A stretch of DNA of 64,000 nucleotides, taken from assembly GCA_008690995.1 (NCBI GenBank), contig VRMN01000005.1:744001-808000 (forward strand). Direction: 5' to 3'. Position 1 is the first letter of the stretch. Each line of letters starts with the position of its first letter. Source of the DNA: Porphyridium purpureum. Taxonomy: Eukaryota. Shown here piece after piece: positions 54,111 to 64,000 of the stretch. Made by a program: the position numbers and the translations under genes. The notes under the pieces were generated by a model. The model had not been told where the DNA came from, made no database searches, and saw nothing but the letters and a program-made list of their open reading frames with translations.

Positions 54111-55259
54111 TCACAGCGCTGGTGCGGCGTCCTCCTTCCTGCTCCTCTCCTTGTTTGATTTCGTTCGCCACACGCCCGTCATGTTTGTGTCTCCGTCGGG
54201 CGAGACTGGTCCGAATAGGTCATACGTTAGATCAATAAACTCTTCTGGATCCAGCTCTTGCGGGCGTCGCGACGCCCAACGTTCTGACAATTCGGTCACA
54301 CCCACCTGACTCATGGTCAGCCTGAGACTATTCCTCAATTGCTTCCTTCGCTGTTGGAAGCTTTCTCGAACCACTTGGCGTAAGTGGTTCGGGTCGACCT
54401 GATCGAGGCGCGGGTTGCACTTGTCGCGGAATTTCAGAATGACCATGGCGGATGTCACGTCCGGCTTGGGCCGAAACACGCTCGGTGGCACCTGAAAGAG
54501 GATTTTCGGCTCGGTATACAGCTGGCACATGACTGAGAGAATGCCGTACGCTTTTGAGTTTTTGGGGGCCGCAACGCGCTGCGCGACTTCGAGCTGCATC
54601 ATAAGCATGGCAAAGTCCACCGCCTCGCACGATTCGATGAGAGAGAAGAGAATTTGGCTGATAATGTTATACGGCAGATTGCCGATGACATACAGCTTTC
54701 CACTGTTTGCACCTACCGCCCGCTCACTGGCTAATGCTTTCCAGTCTGTTTCGAGAACATCCTGCCGAACCACGTTGAACTCGGGCAGGAACTCATTCAA
54801 GTGCGCAACAGCGCGCTGATCAATTTCCAAACCCAGCATTTCGGGAAACCTGCGCACGAGCAGTTGCGACAACGCAGCAAAGCCAGGTCCAATTTCCACG
54901 ACGTTTCGCCCCGTACTTTGCTTGCTGTCGCCGTCCTGGCACACTTCCTCTGCTTGCTCTACCGCATCGACAAACGCTGCTGTAATCTGCCGGATCATGT
55001 TGGGATCGACCAAAAAGTTTTGCCCAAGACTCTGCTTAGGTCGCGCGGCAATGCCACGCTCGGTCATGGGCAGGCCGACTCCGCTCGTTGCGTCCGACCG
55101 GTTGGTCGTGTCACGCGCTCTGGGACCGTCGTTCCGCCTCGCGCGCCTCGCGCGAGACGTCGCGGCTGACCTCTCGCATTTCACGCACACATTACTCTTG
55201 GCATGCCCTTGCACGCGGCGCGCGACCTCGCACCCGCCACTTGTATGCACCCACGCCAT
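54111..55259 (-). CDS. ksgA: SSU rRNA adenine dimethyltransferase (KsgA/RsmA/PFC1), organelle-targeted
   Basis: PKQSLGQNFL, VVEIGPG, LEID, GNLPYNI, MQLEVAQR, YGILSV and FQQRRKQLRNSL, with an N-terminal extension. Confidence 0.95.
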   Translation of the reverse strand: MAWVHTSGGCEVARRVQGHAKSNVCVKCERSAATSRARRARRNDGPRARDTTNRSDATSGVGLPMTERGIAARPKQSLGQNFLVDPNMIRQITAAFVDAVEQAEEVCQDGDSKQSTGRNVVEIGPGFAALSQLLVRRFPEMLGLEIDQRAVAHLNEFLPEFNVVRQDVLETDWKALASERAVGANSGKLYVIGNLPYNIISQILFSLIESCEAVDFAMLMMQLEVAQRVAAPKNSKAYGILSVMCQLYTEPKILFQVPPSVFRPKPDVTSAMVILKFRDKCNPRLDQVDPNHLRQVVRESFQQRRKQLRNSLRLTMSQVGVTELSERWASRRPQELDPEEFIDLTYDLFGPVSPDGDTNMTGVWRTKSNKERSRKEDAAPAL

Positions 55260-55924
55260 GGCTCAAAGACGAACACACCTGCTTGCTCAACACACCACCA
55301 ATAAGCTGCTCGTCCACGGGCATATGGCCGGTGTTTGACGACATGTGTGCTGCGGAGATGAGAAAGACGGAAAATAGGTCTTGCTTTACCCGTCAATCAG
55401 CGAGATGAAGACATGGAAGGAAGTCTTCGTGGACGTGGTCGCACCGATGTGTGGTGGAGAGAAGGATGTCGACGCATGGTGGACGGGTCGTCATGAATAG
55501 AGGCGAACGTCTGTGGTACAGCCGACAGAGCGAAGAAATTGAGATGCTCATGACGCCACGAGCAGCAAGGCGTCGGCCGAGACCGGCGCAGCGAAGCCAG
55601 CGCAGCGCATTGGCTGAATACAGCCGCCAGATGGCAAGCTCAAAAGTGTTTGGCACGACTTTCCTCGACACACGAACGCTTCGCATCAACCGCCGACGGA
55701 GGAACGATGTACCCACTGTACCCACGTGAAGAAGTACAGCTGACACAGTTGGTTGGCCGTGCGCGGGAGACAGAGCGCGCCGAGGCGACGGCTGTGCGTG
55801 CTTGTCGCGTGCGCGAGCCCATGTTAGAGACGCGTGACGGTGCCTGGCCAGCTGCGCATCGAAAACTGCAGCGTCTGTGCCGCGCGCGCTTGCGTCGCGA
55901 TCGGAAACGGCGCGCACAGGCGTG

Positions 55925-57739
55925 ATGAATGAGGACGCACGCGGCGGTGAGAGCGCATCGTCAAACTCGCTTCCTCAGCACAGGTCCGCAGCATCGGCGG
56001 CAGGGACCTCGGTGGCTGCGTCCGAGTTTGTGCCCGCCGCCGTAGCAGCGGCAAAGATCTCCCAGCTCAGTGTCAACGCGGCGCCGTTCCAGCACCGGCA
56101 AAACGACGCCAGTGCGAGCCGCGTGGTGCCGGCCTCTGCGCACCAGGCGGCAGGAGCGGCGCCAGAAGCACGCCAGCACACAGGCAGAGATACTAGCGCG
56201 TCGCGTGGCTCTGCGCGGTCCTCTGTGCCGCGTGGAAGAGGCAGAGATGGGAGTTTTCCGGGAGCTCGCCCAGGGTCCAGTTCGCATAGCACTCATGGCC
56301 AACAAAATGCACCGCAGCAAAGCAGACATCATGAACTCCATTATCAACACAAACGCCAGCAAGACTTCTACCATAACTTGGGTCTTCGCAAGGATGCTCG
56401 AAAACGAGCTCAGTTGAAGAGCGAGCTTCCTGGCGGAGTCAGTGCGTCGCACACAACAGGCCCTTCATCTGGAGTGGGGCCCATGGCAACTGAGTTTGTG
56501 AATCAGTACTATGCCATTACAGCACTGGAAAGCAAGACGCTCACCGTGCCGTCATTGGTGGGAAGTCGCACGTGTGTTAACTATCGGGCGCTCAGCGCTA
56601 CCGACGGCGAGCTGTACTTGTTACGCCGTGTGGTGGGCCCAATCAGCACACGCTCGGATTGCATCATCCGCGCGGCTGAGGCGTGGCGTTCACTGCAGCA
56701 TCCAGGCCTTTGCCGGCTCGCCGAAGTCTTCACAACGCGAAGATTTTCGCACGAGGGAACGGTCAACGAAGTCGTGTTTGTGTACGAATTTTATGTGCGT
56801 GCAGCCAGCATAAAATCTGTCTATCTCGACGAACAAACCACTCATCGCGCGACCAGCTCGGGGTACGCGGTACCTGAGAATGCCATTTGGTCGCTGGCGA
56901 CGCAACTGGTTTGTGCGATGCATACAGTGCATCGTCGCCTCCTACACTGTGGTGACGCCATCAACCCTAGCGCAGTGATCATGCACGACCGCAATCGCGT
57001 TCGTATCGGCCAAATTGGAATCCAAGACGCCATGGATACCGATATGCCGTCATCCAGTAGTCCCGAGCACGCGCAATGGCTGCGCGTACGCCAGCATGAG
57101 GACATCCTCAAGCTTGGATTGCTGATTGTAACGATGTGTGCGCGCACCCAGCCCGGGCTGGTTCGTGGCGGCGTGCTCATGGCCTCCGTGGAGCACGTTT
57201 TTGACTTTGTGAAGAAGAGTGGCGTGTACTCGGGCGAGCTGCTAGGTTTCACACGTTCACTAATCGAACCACTGCTTATTGCGCAGGCCGACGTGCGCCT
57301 GCTCAGCATCGAAGTAGACGTGCTACCCCTTTTAGCCTATCGTTTTTCCTTCGAGTTCGCTAATGTATGGAACCACGTCGATCACCTGGAAAAGGGTCTG
57401 ATGGAGGAAGCAGATACTTCGCGGTACTTGCGCCTGCAGACCATGCTGAATTTTTGCATCGATCGCTGCGACCAGGCGCTCGACCCGCTGTGGTCTGAGA
57501 CCGGGCGCCCGCACATTCTGAAGCTTTTCCGTGATTACGCATTCCATACATCCGATGTGGACGGACGGCCCTTGCTCGACTATGCTCATGTGCTCGAATG
57601 CTTGGACCGTCTCGACGCAAGCAGCCACGAGCAAATTGTGCTCACTTCTCACGATGGCGCGACGCTCATCCTCGTAACTTTTGCTGAGATCAGCCAGTGC
57701 TTGGCGGGCGTCATTCGCGAACTCAGTGACCATGTGTGA
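55925..57739 (+). CDS. PAN3: PAN2-PAN3 deadenylase subunit PAN3 (pseudokinase)
   Basis: PAM2-like motifs (SVAASEFVP, LSVNAAPF), YRALSATDG..YLLRR, WSETG..ILKLFRDYAFH, and a C-terminal HVLECLDRLDA..EQIVLTS.DG. Confidence 0.92.
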   Translation: MNEDARGGESASSNSLPQHRSAASAAGTSVAASEFVPAAVAAAKISQLSVNAAPFQHRQNDASASRVVPASAHQAAGAAPEARQHTGRDTSASRGSARSSVPRGRGRDGSFPGARPGSSSHSTHGQQNAPQQSRHHELHYQHKRQQDFYHNLGLRKDARKRAQLKSELPGGVSASHTTGPSSGVGPMATEFVNQYYAITALESKTLTVPSLVGSRTCVNYRALSATDGELYLLRRVVGPISTRSDCIIRAAEAWRSLQHPGLCRLAEVFTTRRFSHEGTVNEVVFVYEFYVRAASIKSVYLDEQTTHRATSSGYAVPENAIWSLATQLVCAMHTVHRRLLHCGDAINPSAVIMHDRNRVRIGQIGIQDAMDTDMPSSSSPEHAQWLRVRQHEDILKLGLLIVTMCARTQPGLVRGGVLMASVEHVFDFVKKSGVYSGELLGFTRSLIEPLLIAQADVRLLSIEVDVLPLLAYRFSFEFANVWNHVDHLEKGLMEEADTSRYLRLQTMLNFCIDRCDQALDPLWSETGRPHILKLFRDYAFHTSDVDGRPLLDYAHVLECLDRLDASSHEQIVLTSHDGATLILVTFAEISQCLAGVIRELSDHV

Positions 57740-57923
57740 TGCCATGATTCCAATGTCGTGGAAACGATATAAATCTGGGTTTCATTCTTCCTGTGTTTTC
57801 CAATATCAAACTAGACAAGATATAGGGACTTTGCGCACAGCAAGCAGCTTGAGCCCCAGGCAATTATCTTTTCGCTCGCAAGCCTCCTCTGCCGACTCAT
57901 GGCAAACGTGCGCCCGTGCTCCC

Positions 57924-58571
57924 TCAAGAGGGAGTCACATTCTTCTTGCCGATCAATTTCGCCACAAATGGCAGCGCTGCAACAACAAGCGGGAAGCGGA
58001 GAGGAGACGAGGCCTTGTGCGCAATGTACGCAAGCGCAAAAGCGCTCATTTCAGGCGAAATCCGATCAAAAACCGCCGGCCTGCCGATTGGCGTGGTTCC
58101 GAGATAGTCACCGATCGCTTCCATGGTGGCGGCTACATCGACGCCTGAGCGTACAATGAGATACCACGCGCTGATGGAAATCACGGAGGAGCCCGCCGAC
58201 GTTAAGAAAAACGCTGGGCCGTATGTCATGGCGAGCTGCTTGGCCTGCTCGGCCTTACTCCGGTTCTCTTTTTGACTCTGCGCTTCTTGCTCTGGGTCGT
58301 CAGACTTCAGCTTGGGCGACGAGCCCGCGGCATCCGACTTTTCCTTTTCGTCCACTGCCATATACAGCGCGGAGCGCGCGCGCTGGGTCACTCCATCACC
58401 GGCGTTAGAATATCCGCGCGCAACAAATGTGAATGCAACTCGCGCCGCACCAGAGCGGACACCTCCGAGCGGACATGTGCTCTGGAGAACGGGCGTTAAC
58501 GACGGCACGCGTCCTGCGCGTGCTATGCCGTGCGACACAAACATTACCGCACGCATCCTGTTGCTTGTCAT
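57924..58571 (-). CDS. DUF1279/FAM210-like organellar membrane protein
   Basis: KQLAMTYG..F...S..S...Y..V.SGVDV and FALAYIAHKASSPLRFPL. Start is 58571 or 58544. Confidence 0.85.
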   Translation of the reverse strand: MTSNRMRAVMFVSHGIARAGRVPSLTPVLQSTCPLGGVRSGAARVAFTFVARGYSNAGDGVTQRARSALYMAVDEKEKSDAAGSSPKLKSDDPEQEAQSQKENRSKAEQAKQLAMTYGPAFFLTSAGSSVISISAWYLIVRSGVDVAATMEAIGDYLGTTPIGRPAVFDRISPEMSAFALAYIAHKASSPLRFPLVVAALPFVAKLIGKKNVTPS

Positions 58572-58683
58572 GCTTTCAAGAAGTCTGTCCAACGAACCTC
58601 CAAACCTTCCTTGTTCCACCTGGCTCCAAGTTTTCCGTCCAACTTGTACAAGTTTCCTTGGTGGAAGCCTCAGTAGCGCGAGC

Positions 58684-59565
58684 ATGGGAGAAAGTATATG
58701 GAGCTGTGCGCCGGCTGATCTGGACGCGTGTTCGGGGTACAAAGTAGCTGCGAGTGCCCTTTATGGCTCTGCGGCGGTGCGTCGAGACGCCGTGCTGGAC
58801 GCGCTGCGCACCACTGTGAAAGCGACGCGTCTCAGGCACTACGAAGCATGTATTGCGAAACGCTCGTCCAGCGTGCGCGTTTTGGTGGAGAACTTGGGCG
58901 AACCGCACATAGCCGAGCGTCTCGCCCAGATATGTGACACTTTTGGTGTGCACCACGTGTATGTTGTCGAGTCGCGTCGCCGCTTGTCGTTCCCGTACGA
59001 CAACCTGGCGTCCCTGAGGGCAAGGAACGTCAATGGCGCCGAGAAATTTATTCGCTTTCACTTTTTTGATACAGCCGCGGGAGCATTGCAGCATTTGCTT
59101 CACGATGAGGGGCGCGGGCACTCTACCGCGCTCATTCGTGTTGAGTGTGATTCCGAGAAGCGATCGCCGGCAGCAATCAGCATTGATGCCGTCGATTGGC
59201 ACGCTTTGACTCTGGGCACGAGGCGGATCTGCTTTCTCCTCGGAGATCCTCTGGCCAGCGGCCTATCACCTCGTCTATGCCATGCCGCCCATTTGAGCTG
59301 TTTCGTGCCGTCGCTTGCTGTGACACCACAATTCGACGAACGCTTCGGCTTGCTGGAGAGTCTGGCCATCACGCTCGCTCACCTTTGCGAAATACACGCG
59401 ATGGTTGGTGACCTCGCCGTGCGCGAGCCTGACGAAGCAGCTTCATTGTATGAGAGCTGTCTTCTCCGATCGAGCAAATCCGCCCCCAAAATGATGGCTA
59501 AACTTCGCGAACAGCCGCCAGCGAGTAACACGAAAGCGGCATTAGAGCGCCTGTCGTACTATTGA
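58684..59565 (+). CDS. SpoU/TrmH-like SPOUT protein with degenerate catalytic motifs, 293 aa
   Basis: KRSSSVRVLVENLGEPH...CDTFGVHHVYVV, GAEKFI and ICFLLG....GLS resemble TrmH. Confidence 0.7.
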   Translation: MGESIWSCAPADLDACSGYKVAASALYGSAAVRRDAVLDALRTTVKATRLRHYEACIAKRSSSVRVLVENLGEPHIAERLAQICDTFGVHHVYVVESRRRLSFPYDNLASLRARNVNGAEKFIRFHFFDTAAGALQHLLHDEGRGHSTALIRVECDSEKRSPAAISIDAVDWHALTLGTRRICFLLGDPLASGLSPRLCHAAHLSCFVPSLAVTPQFDERFGLLESLAITLAHLCEIHAMVGDLAVREPDEAASLYESCLLRSSKSAPKMMAKLREQPPASNTKAALERLSYY

Positions 59566-59793
59566 CAGGCATCGGCTGTCCCTGCATATTGCACAGTGAG
59601 ACCGGCGTCGAAGCGAGTAGGCGCCGGAGGATGTGATCAAGCCTATGTCCATAGAAACAAATGAATTCGCTTGCGAGATTTGCACCAGGAACGCTGGATA
59701 CATCGAGCTCACGACACACAAGCGGTGACTTTACTTCAACTTTAAGTTACGGAACCGACGACGCATGGGTCCCCCGCCCGGTCAGGCCGGGCC

Positions 59794-62700
59794 TTACAAA
59801 TCAGACGAGGTCGACGACTCGACGCGTTGCGGCGCATGAGGGATGATCTCGCTATCTTCTGTGCCGACGCTCTTGATCATTTTCTTAGACGAGGCGGCGC
59901 GATTCACCACATTGATAAATGCCACTGCATGCACGTAAACGCGGAGCTTGACCAGACGTTGCGCGCGGTCCGATGCCAATTTTGACGCGTCCACAACTTC
60001 TGCCAGCGGCACTCGCGCGCCCGTTGTATCTTCCATCAGCGACTCATCATCGCCTTCTTCCTCCTCATCCTCCTCAAACACAGGCTCTTTGCGTTGCGGA
60101 AAGTGAAAGAACTTTTCAAACTTGGACATCTGGGTAATGTCGTCGTCCAGCGGGCCTGCGCACCAGTCAAGAGGAATGGAACGCACCAAAAAGCCAACCG
60201 GCAGGGCGAGAAGCCCAATCACAATCGACGTGCCCCACATGGCGCCAGATATGGTCACAATTCCAATCTGTTGGCCTACGCGCGTCTGGCCGACGCCCAA
60301 CATGAGTGCAACTTGCACAAGAATCGTAATCACAATGATCACACAAAAGAGCTTGCTGTCCAAAATCTTCGAGAAGACGTCACGTTCTTCAATACGCCTC
60401 GAGTTGATTTCGTTGAAGATTTGCATAAACACAAATGTGTTGAAGATGAGCGAATTCAGCTTCAGCGTGCTTCCTTCGCAGGGAAACTCCTCATCCGGCG
60501 CAAACTCTGGCGGGAAACACCCAAGGTTGAAAATATCGTTCCCAGCAAACATCAGCACGAGCGTCACCGTGAGCTGGAAAATCGACACTCCAAAAATGTT
60601 TCGGAACATGGCGCGATTAATCAGCGGGGCACGGCGTCCAAACGGCTTGTTGTCCATGAGTGACATGCGTGGCGGCTCCGTCGCGAGCGCGAGCGCGCCC
60701 ATGGAATCCATGATCATATTGACCCACAGAAGAGGCACTGCGCCGAGCGGAAGTCGACGGCCGGCGCATGCAGAAATGAAGTTCAATGTCACAGCCACCA
60801 CGTTCACCACCAACTGGAACTGCAAAAACTTGCGAATACTGGAGTACACATTCCTGCCCCACAGCACCGCCTTTGCCATCGACTGAATATTATCATCGAG
60901 AATCACAATGTCGCAGGCCTCCTTGGCGATCTCGGTACCTGCCAATCCCAACGCGAAGCCTACGTCAGCCTCCTTCAGCGCCGGCGCATCATTCGTACCG
61001 TCGCCAGTGACTGACACCACCTCGCCCAGCTTCTTGTGTTGGCGCACGAGCAACAGCTTGTCTGTGGGCGACGAACGTGCCAAGACTCGGATGCCAAGTG
61101 CCACTCGGCGCTTCTCCTCGTCGCTCATCTTGCGGAACACAGGACCTTCTAACAGTGCTTCGGGACCCTCCGAACCATCCAGGATGCCAGCTTCAGTCGC
61201 AATAAACTTTGCCGTGAGAGGATTATCGCCCGTGACCATACGCACCGTGACCCCAGCCTTCTTAAGCATAATGACCGCGTCACGCGTTTCCGGTCGGATC
61301 GGGTCCTTGATGCCCACCAAACCCAACAGAGTCATCTGCTGCTCCAAATAACCGTCGTCATCCACAGATTCCCACTCGATCCCATGGCCGGTCGCGAAGT
61401 CGCGGTAACACAGTACAAGCGTGCGGAGACCCTCGGACGCCATTGCTTCGACCTTGGCGAGCACCTTGTCCTGCTCCTCTGTAGGCAGCGGCCTGATGGT
61501 ACCGTCCGCTTGCATTTCAGAGCTGCACAGACGCAGCACAATTTCCGACGCGCCCTTGCAATGCAGGCGCACGCCCTCACCGGATTTAATAGCAGTGCTC
61601 ATGCGCTTCTTCGCGCTAGAAAAGAGAAAGATGCGGTTGGGGGGATTCTGCTCGCGCAATGCATGGTAGTCCATGCTCCAATTCTCGACCATTTGCAACA
61701 AAGCACACTCAGTCTTGTTGCCCAGATGCTCCACCGTGCCATCTTCTTGCTTGCGCAAATTCGCCTGCGAGTTGACCGCCACGTTCAGCGCCACCGTCTG
61801 CTTGAAAGCCTCTGGGAGTGCAGCGTCACCAAGCGATTCCGCGCGCGCTTCGATATGCTCGCCCGCGCCTTTGTAAACAAAAGACGCGCCGCCAAAGTAG
61901 GCTTGCACTACAGTCATGCGATTCTGAGTCAATGTGCCTGTCTTGTCGGCGTTCAGCTGCGTTGCGCTGCCCATGGTCTCACACGCCTCTAGGCGGCGCA
62001 CGAGGTTGTTGTCCTGCATCATCTTTCGCATGGCAAACGCCAGCCCAAGCGTGATGGCTAGCGGGAGGCCTTCTGGAATGGCCACCACCACAATGGTCAC
62101 CGCGTCAATGAAGAAGCGCAGCACCTCGGTGCCGTCCCAATTGCCCGTGTCTGCACTGTGCACAATCCACCGGATCATCGAGACAAAAAAGGTCAGTGTC
62201 GCCATGATGATTCCGATCCAACCAATCTGCATGGCAAGCTTGTCCAGCCGCTCCTGCAGCGGCGTGGCTTCCGGCTCGACAATCAGTTGCGAGAGAATGA
62301 TTCCCCACTGTGAACGCTCACCGACCGCAATCACTACCACAAAGCCGACGCCCTCCGACACGATGGTTCCAGAGAGCAAGAACGGGTCCTTCTCATGGTT
62401 CTTGTTGATATCGACCACCTCGCCCGTCATGGCCGACTCGTTTGTCTTGAGGTTGGAGCCGTCGACGTACACTGCGTCGGCGGCAAGCTTGTCGCCGGCA
62501 GTGATCTTCATAATGTCGCCGACCACCACTTCCTCTGCCGAGACGCGCAGGGTCTCGCCGTTGCGCAGCACTTGCACGTCATAGTTGTCTTTCACGGAGT
62601 TTAGCTGGCGGAATTTTTTCTCCTTGGAGTAATCAATGCACGCCTGCACGGTGACCACGACGGCAATCACGGCAACGATAGCAATGCCTTCAATGTAGCC

Positions 62701-63129
62701 GTACTCCTCGCGCTTTTCCGGCACTGCGAGCCCAATGGTGAGCGAGATGATGGCCGCGACGCACAGGATAAGGACCGTGATGTCATGAAAGGCCTCCCAG
62801 ACGAGCACGAAAAAGTTTTTCGGCGGCGGGTACCGAAACTTGTTTGGCCCAAAGGCGCGGCGGTGCACGTCGAGCTCGTCGTCATTTGTGGTCATGCCCT
62901 TTGTCTTGGACGACTTGAGCGCCGCGAGCAGGCCGTCGACGCCGCCCATTTCGGCGAGCGCCGGCTTGTCGCGCTCCTCGATCATGTTCACGAGCGCCTC
63001 TGCGGACACGCCGAACGTTGCCGCGGCGGCCGGGTCCAGCGGCGGTGGCTCATTCTGCACGCCCTTCTTCAGCGCGGCGTGCGGCTGGTCATCCTCGTCA
63101 TCCTCCTGCTTGCGTCCAAAGCACCCCAT
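59794..63129 (-). CDS. P-type IIB (PMCA/ACA) Ca2+-transporting ATPase, 1111 aa
   Basis: IVVVAIPEGLPLA, ACETMG, DKTGTLT, KGASE, MVTGDN, TGDGTNDAPALK and LLWVNMIMD. Confidence 0.97.
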   Translation of the reverse strand: MGCFGRKQEDDEDDQPHAALKKGVQNEPPPLDPAAAATFGVSAEALVNMIEERDKPALAEMGGVDGLLAALKSSKTKGMTTNDDELDVHRRAFGPNKFRYPPPKNFFVLVWEAFHDITVLILCVAAIISLTIGLAVPEKREEYGYIEGIAIVAVIAVVVTVQACIDYSKEKKFRQLNSVKDNYDVQVLRNGETLRVSAEEVVVGDIMKITAGDKLAADAVYVDGSNLKTNESAMTGEVVDINKNHEKDPFLLSGTIVSEGVGFVVVIAVGERSQWGIILSQLIVEPEATPLQERLDKLAMQIGWIGIIMATLTFFVSMIRWIVHSADTGNWDGTEVLRFFIDAVTIVVVAIPEGLPLAITLGLAFAMRKMMQDNNLVRRLEACETMGSATQLNADKTGTLTQNRMTVVQAYFGGASFVYKGAGEHIEARAESLGDAALPEAFKQTVALNVAVNSQANLRKQEDGTVEHLGNKTECALLQMVENWSMDYHALREQNPPNRIFLFSSAKKRMSTAIKSGEGVRLHCKGASEIVLRLCSSEMQADGTIRPLPTEEQDKVLAKVEAMASEGLRTLVLCYRDFATGHGIEWESVDDDGYLEQQMTLLGLVGIKDPIRPETRDAVIMLKKAGVTVRMVTGDNPLTAKFIATEAGILDGSEGPEALLEGPVFRKMSDEEKRRVALGIRVLARSSPTDKLLLVRQHKKLGEVVSVTGDGTNDAPALKEADVGFALGLAGTEIAKEACDIVILDDNIQSMAKAVLWGRNVYSSIRKFLQFQLVVNVVAVTLNFISACAGRRLPLGAVPLLWVNMIMDSMGALALATEPPRMSLMDNKPFGRRAPLINRAMFRNIFGVSIFQLTVTLVLMFAGNDIFNLGCFPPEFAPDEEFPCEGSTLKLNSLIFNTFVFMQIFNEINSRRIEERDVFSKILDSKLFCVIIVITILVQVALMLGVGQTRVGQQIGIVTISGAMWGTSIVIGLLALPVGFLVRSIPLDWCAGPLDDDITQMSKFEKFFHFPQRKEPVFEEDEEEEGDDESLMEDTTGARVPLAEVVDASKLASDRAQRLVKLRVYVHAVAFINVVNRAASSKKMIKSVGTEDSEIIPHAPQRVESSTSSDL

Positions 63130-63764
63130 TCCGTCCTCCTCCCTCCGATGCTATGCACGTGCACTCCCACACCAACCCCCTTCCCACACTTGAACACCCC
63201 CACCACGTTCCCGACTCTTTCGCCCTCCCCAAGCTAGCCCACACACGCGTGCTTCAAATACCCGACATGCATGCGCACGCGGCACAAACCACGCGCCAGC
63301 CGCACTTTACACAGCACGGCTTAATGCAACAACTCGCCGCTGCCGGTACGCGACCAGCTCAGGGAACTCTTGTCGCGTCAGTGCGTGCGTGCGAGTGAAT
63401 GGATGGATGGATGGAAGGGTGGGTCAAACCGTCACGTGCCTGTTCCTACAGCAATTCCCCTCAGCACCACCACCGCCATCCGCCAATCCCCATGTCCACT
63501 ATACCCCCCCACCCGTGCCCCTTCTCCCGCGCCTCTATCGCCCTCATAGACTCTCATAACCCCCAATCACCCCCGGAAAAAAAACCCACTAACGCCCAAA
63601 GCGTTTATTTGCTACACACACCCTCTCCCCGTATTCTTCAGTTTCTACCCTCGTCTATCAAACAGCGACTCTTTGAGTGTTTTGCGTGCTTTTGCTTGAA
63701 GCTTCTCCTCGCACGCAACACACACAAAACGCAGGCCGCCACTTTGTCATCATCATCATCATTA

Positions 63765-63800
63765 TGAAAATCACGAAAATCACGAAAATCACGAAAATCA
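63765..63800 (+). repeat. 9-bp tandem repeat (cgaaaatca) x4 next to (cat)n tracts
   Basis: tgaaaatca cgaaaatca cgaaaatca cgaaaatca. Confidence 0.9.
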
Positions 63801-64000
63801 GCGGCATGAAGCTGCTGTTGATGATGATTCCTAGTCCTTGCTGCATATAGAATTTTGCCCTGCTTCCCGCGCTCATCATCATCATTCTCGTTATTTTCGT
63901 TATTTTCGTTGCCGTTTCCGTGCACGCGCCAGATCTGCATTACACCGCCACAGTACCCCACTGTACATAACGTGACTGCCGCCACAACCAGATATGAAGA

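Noticed and set aside
55393..55925. Short ORFs between ksgA and PAN3
   Set aside because: No family motif; better explained as a divergent promoter/UTR containing GTAC motifs.
58312..58742. Apparent antisense overlap of the DUF1279 and SpoU-like ORFs
   Set aside because: Removed by using ATG starts at 58571 (or 58544) and 58684.

Overview
Compact, GC-rich, almost intron-free eukaryotic nuclear DNA. It is most likely a unicellular red alga of the Porphyridium type, inferred from a phycobilisome-linker-like gene, plastid transit peptides with an early Phe and the scarcity of introns. About 27 genes are supportable: mitochondrial carrier, Bet3, single-chain urease, a tandem starch-binding-module protein, a frameshifted prenylcysteine-oxidase-like gene, an S1-domain protein, MORC-CW, an AAA ATPase, cysteine synthase, a PPR-like protein, importin alpha, RPS6, an SNF1/CIPK-like kinase, an LRC4-like linker, SRP14, MetAP, KsgA, PAN3, DUF1279, a SpoU-like protein and a P2B Ca-ATPase, among others. 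Several structures are not visible in the ORF track. (i) A ~20 kb minus-strand glycosyltransferase neighbourhood (18.5-38.1 kb) holds an intact two-module GT92-like gene, two decayed copies of it, a PLOD-type GT with TGA at a conserved Trp and an exostosin-like GT. (ii) A three-exon SPCS1 gene lies at 31860-32535. (iii) A GTACAG motif recurs in upstream regions, is helically phased at 7432-7486 and is palindromic at 18404-18421. (iv) There is an FLZ-like zinc-finger protein. (v) A SxLSSRIGFG motif is repeated four times in the kinase tail. No rRNA, tRNA, CRISPR array or recognisable transposon was seen. All family calls are from motif recognition by eye; no database was searched.
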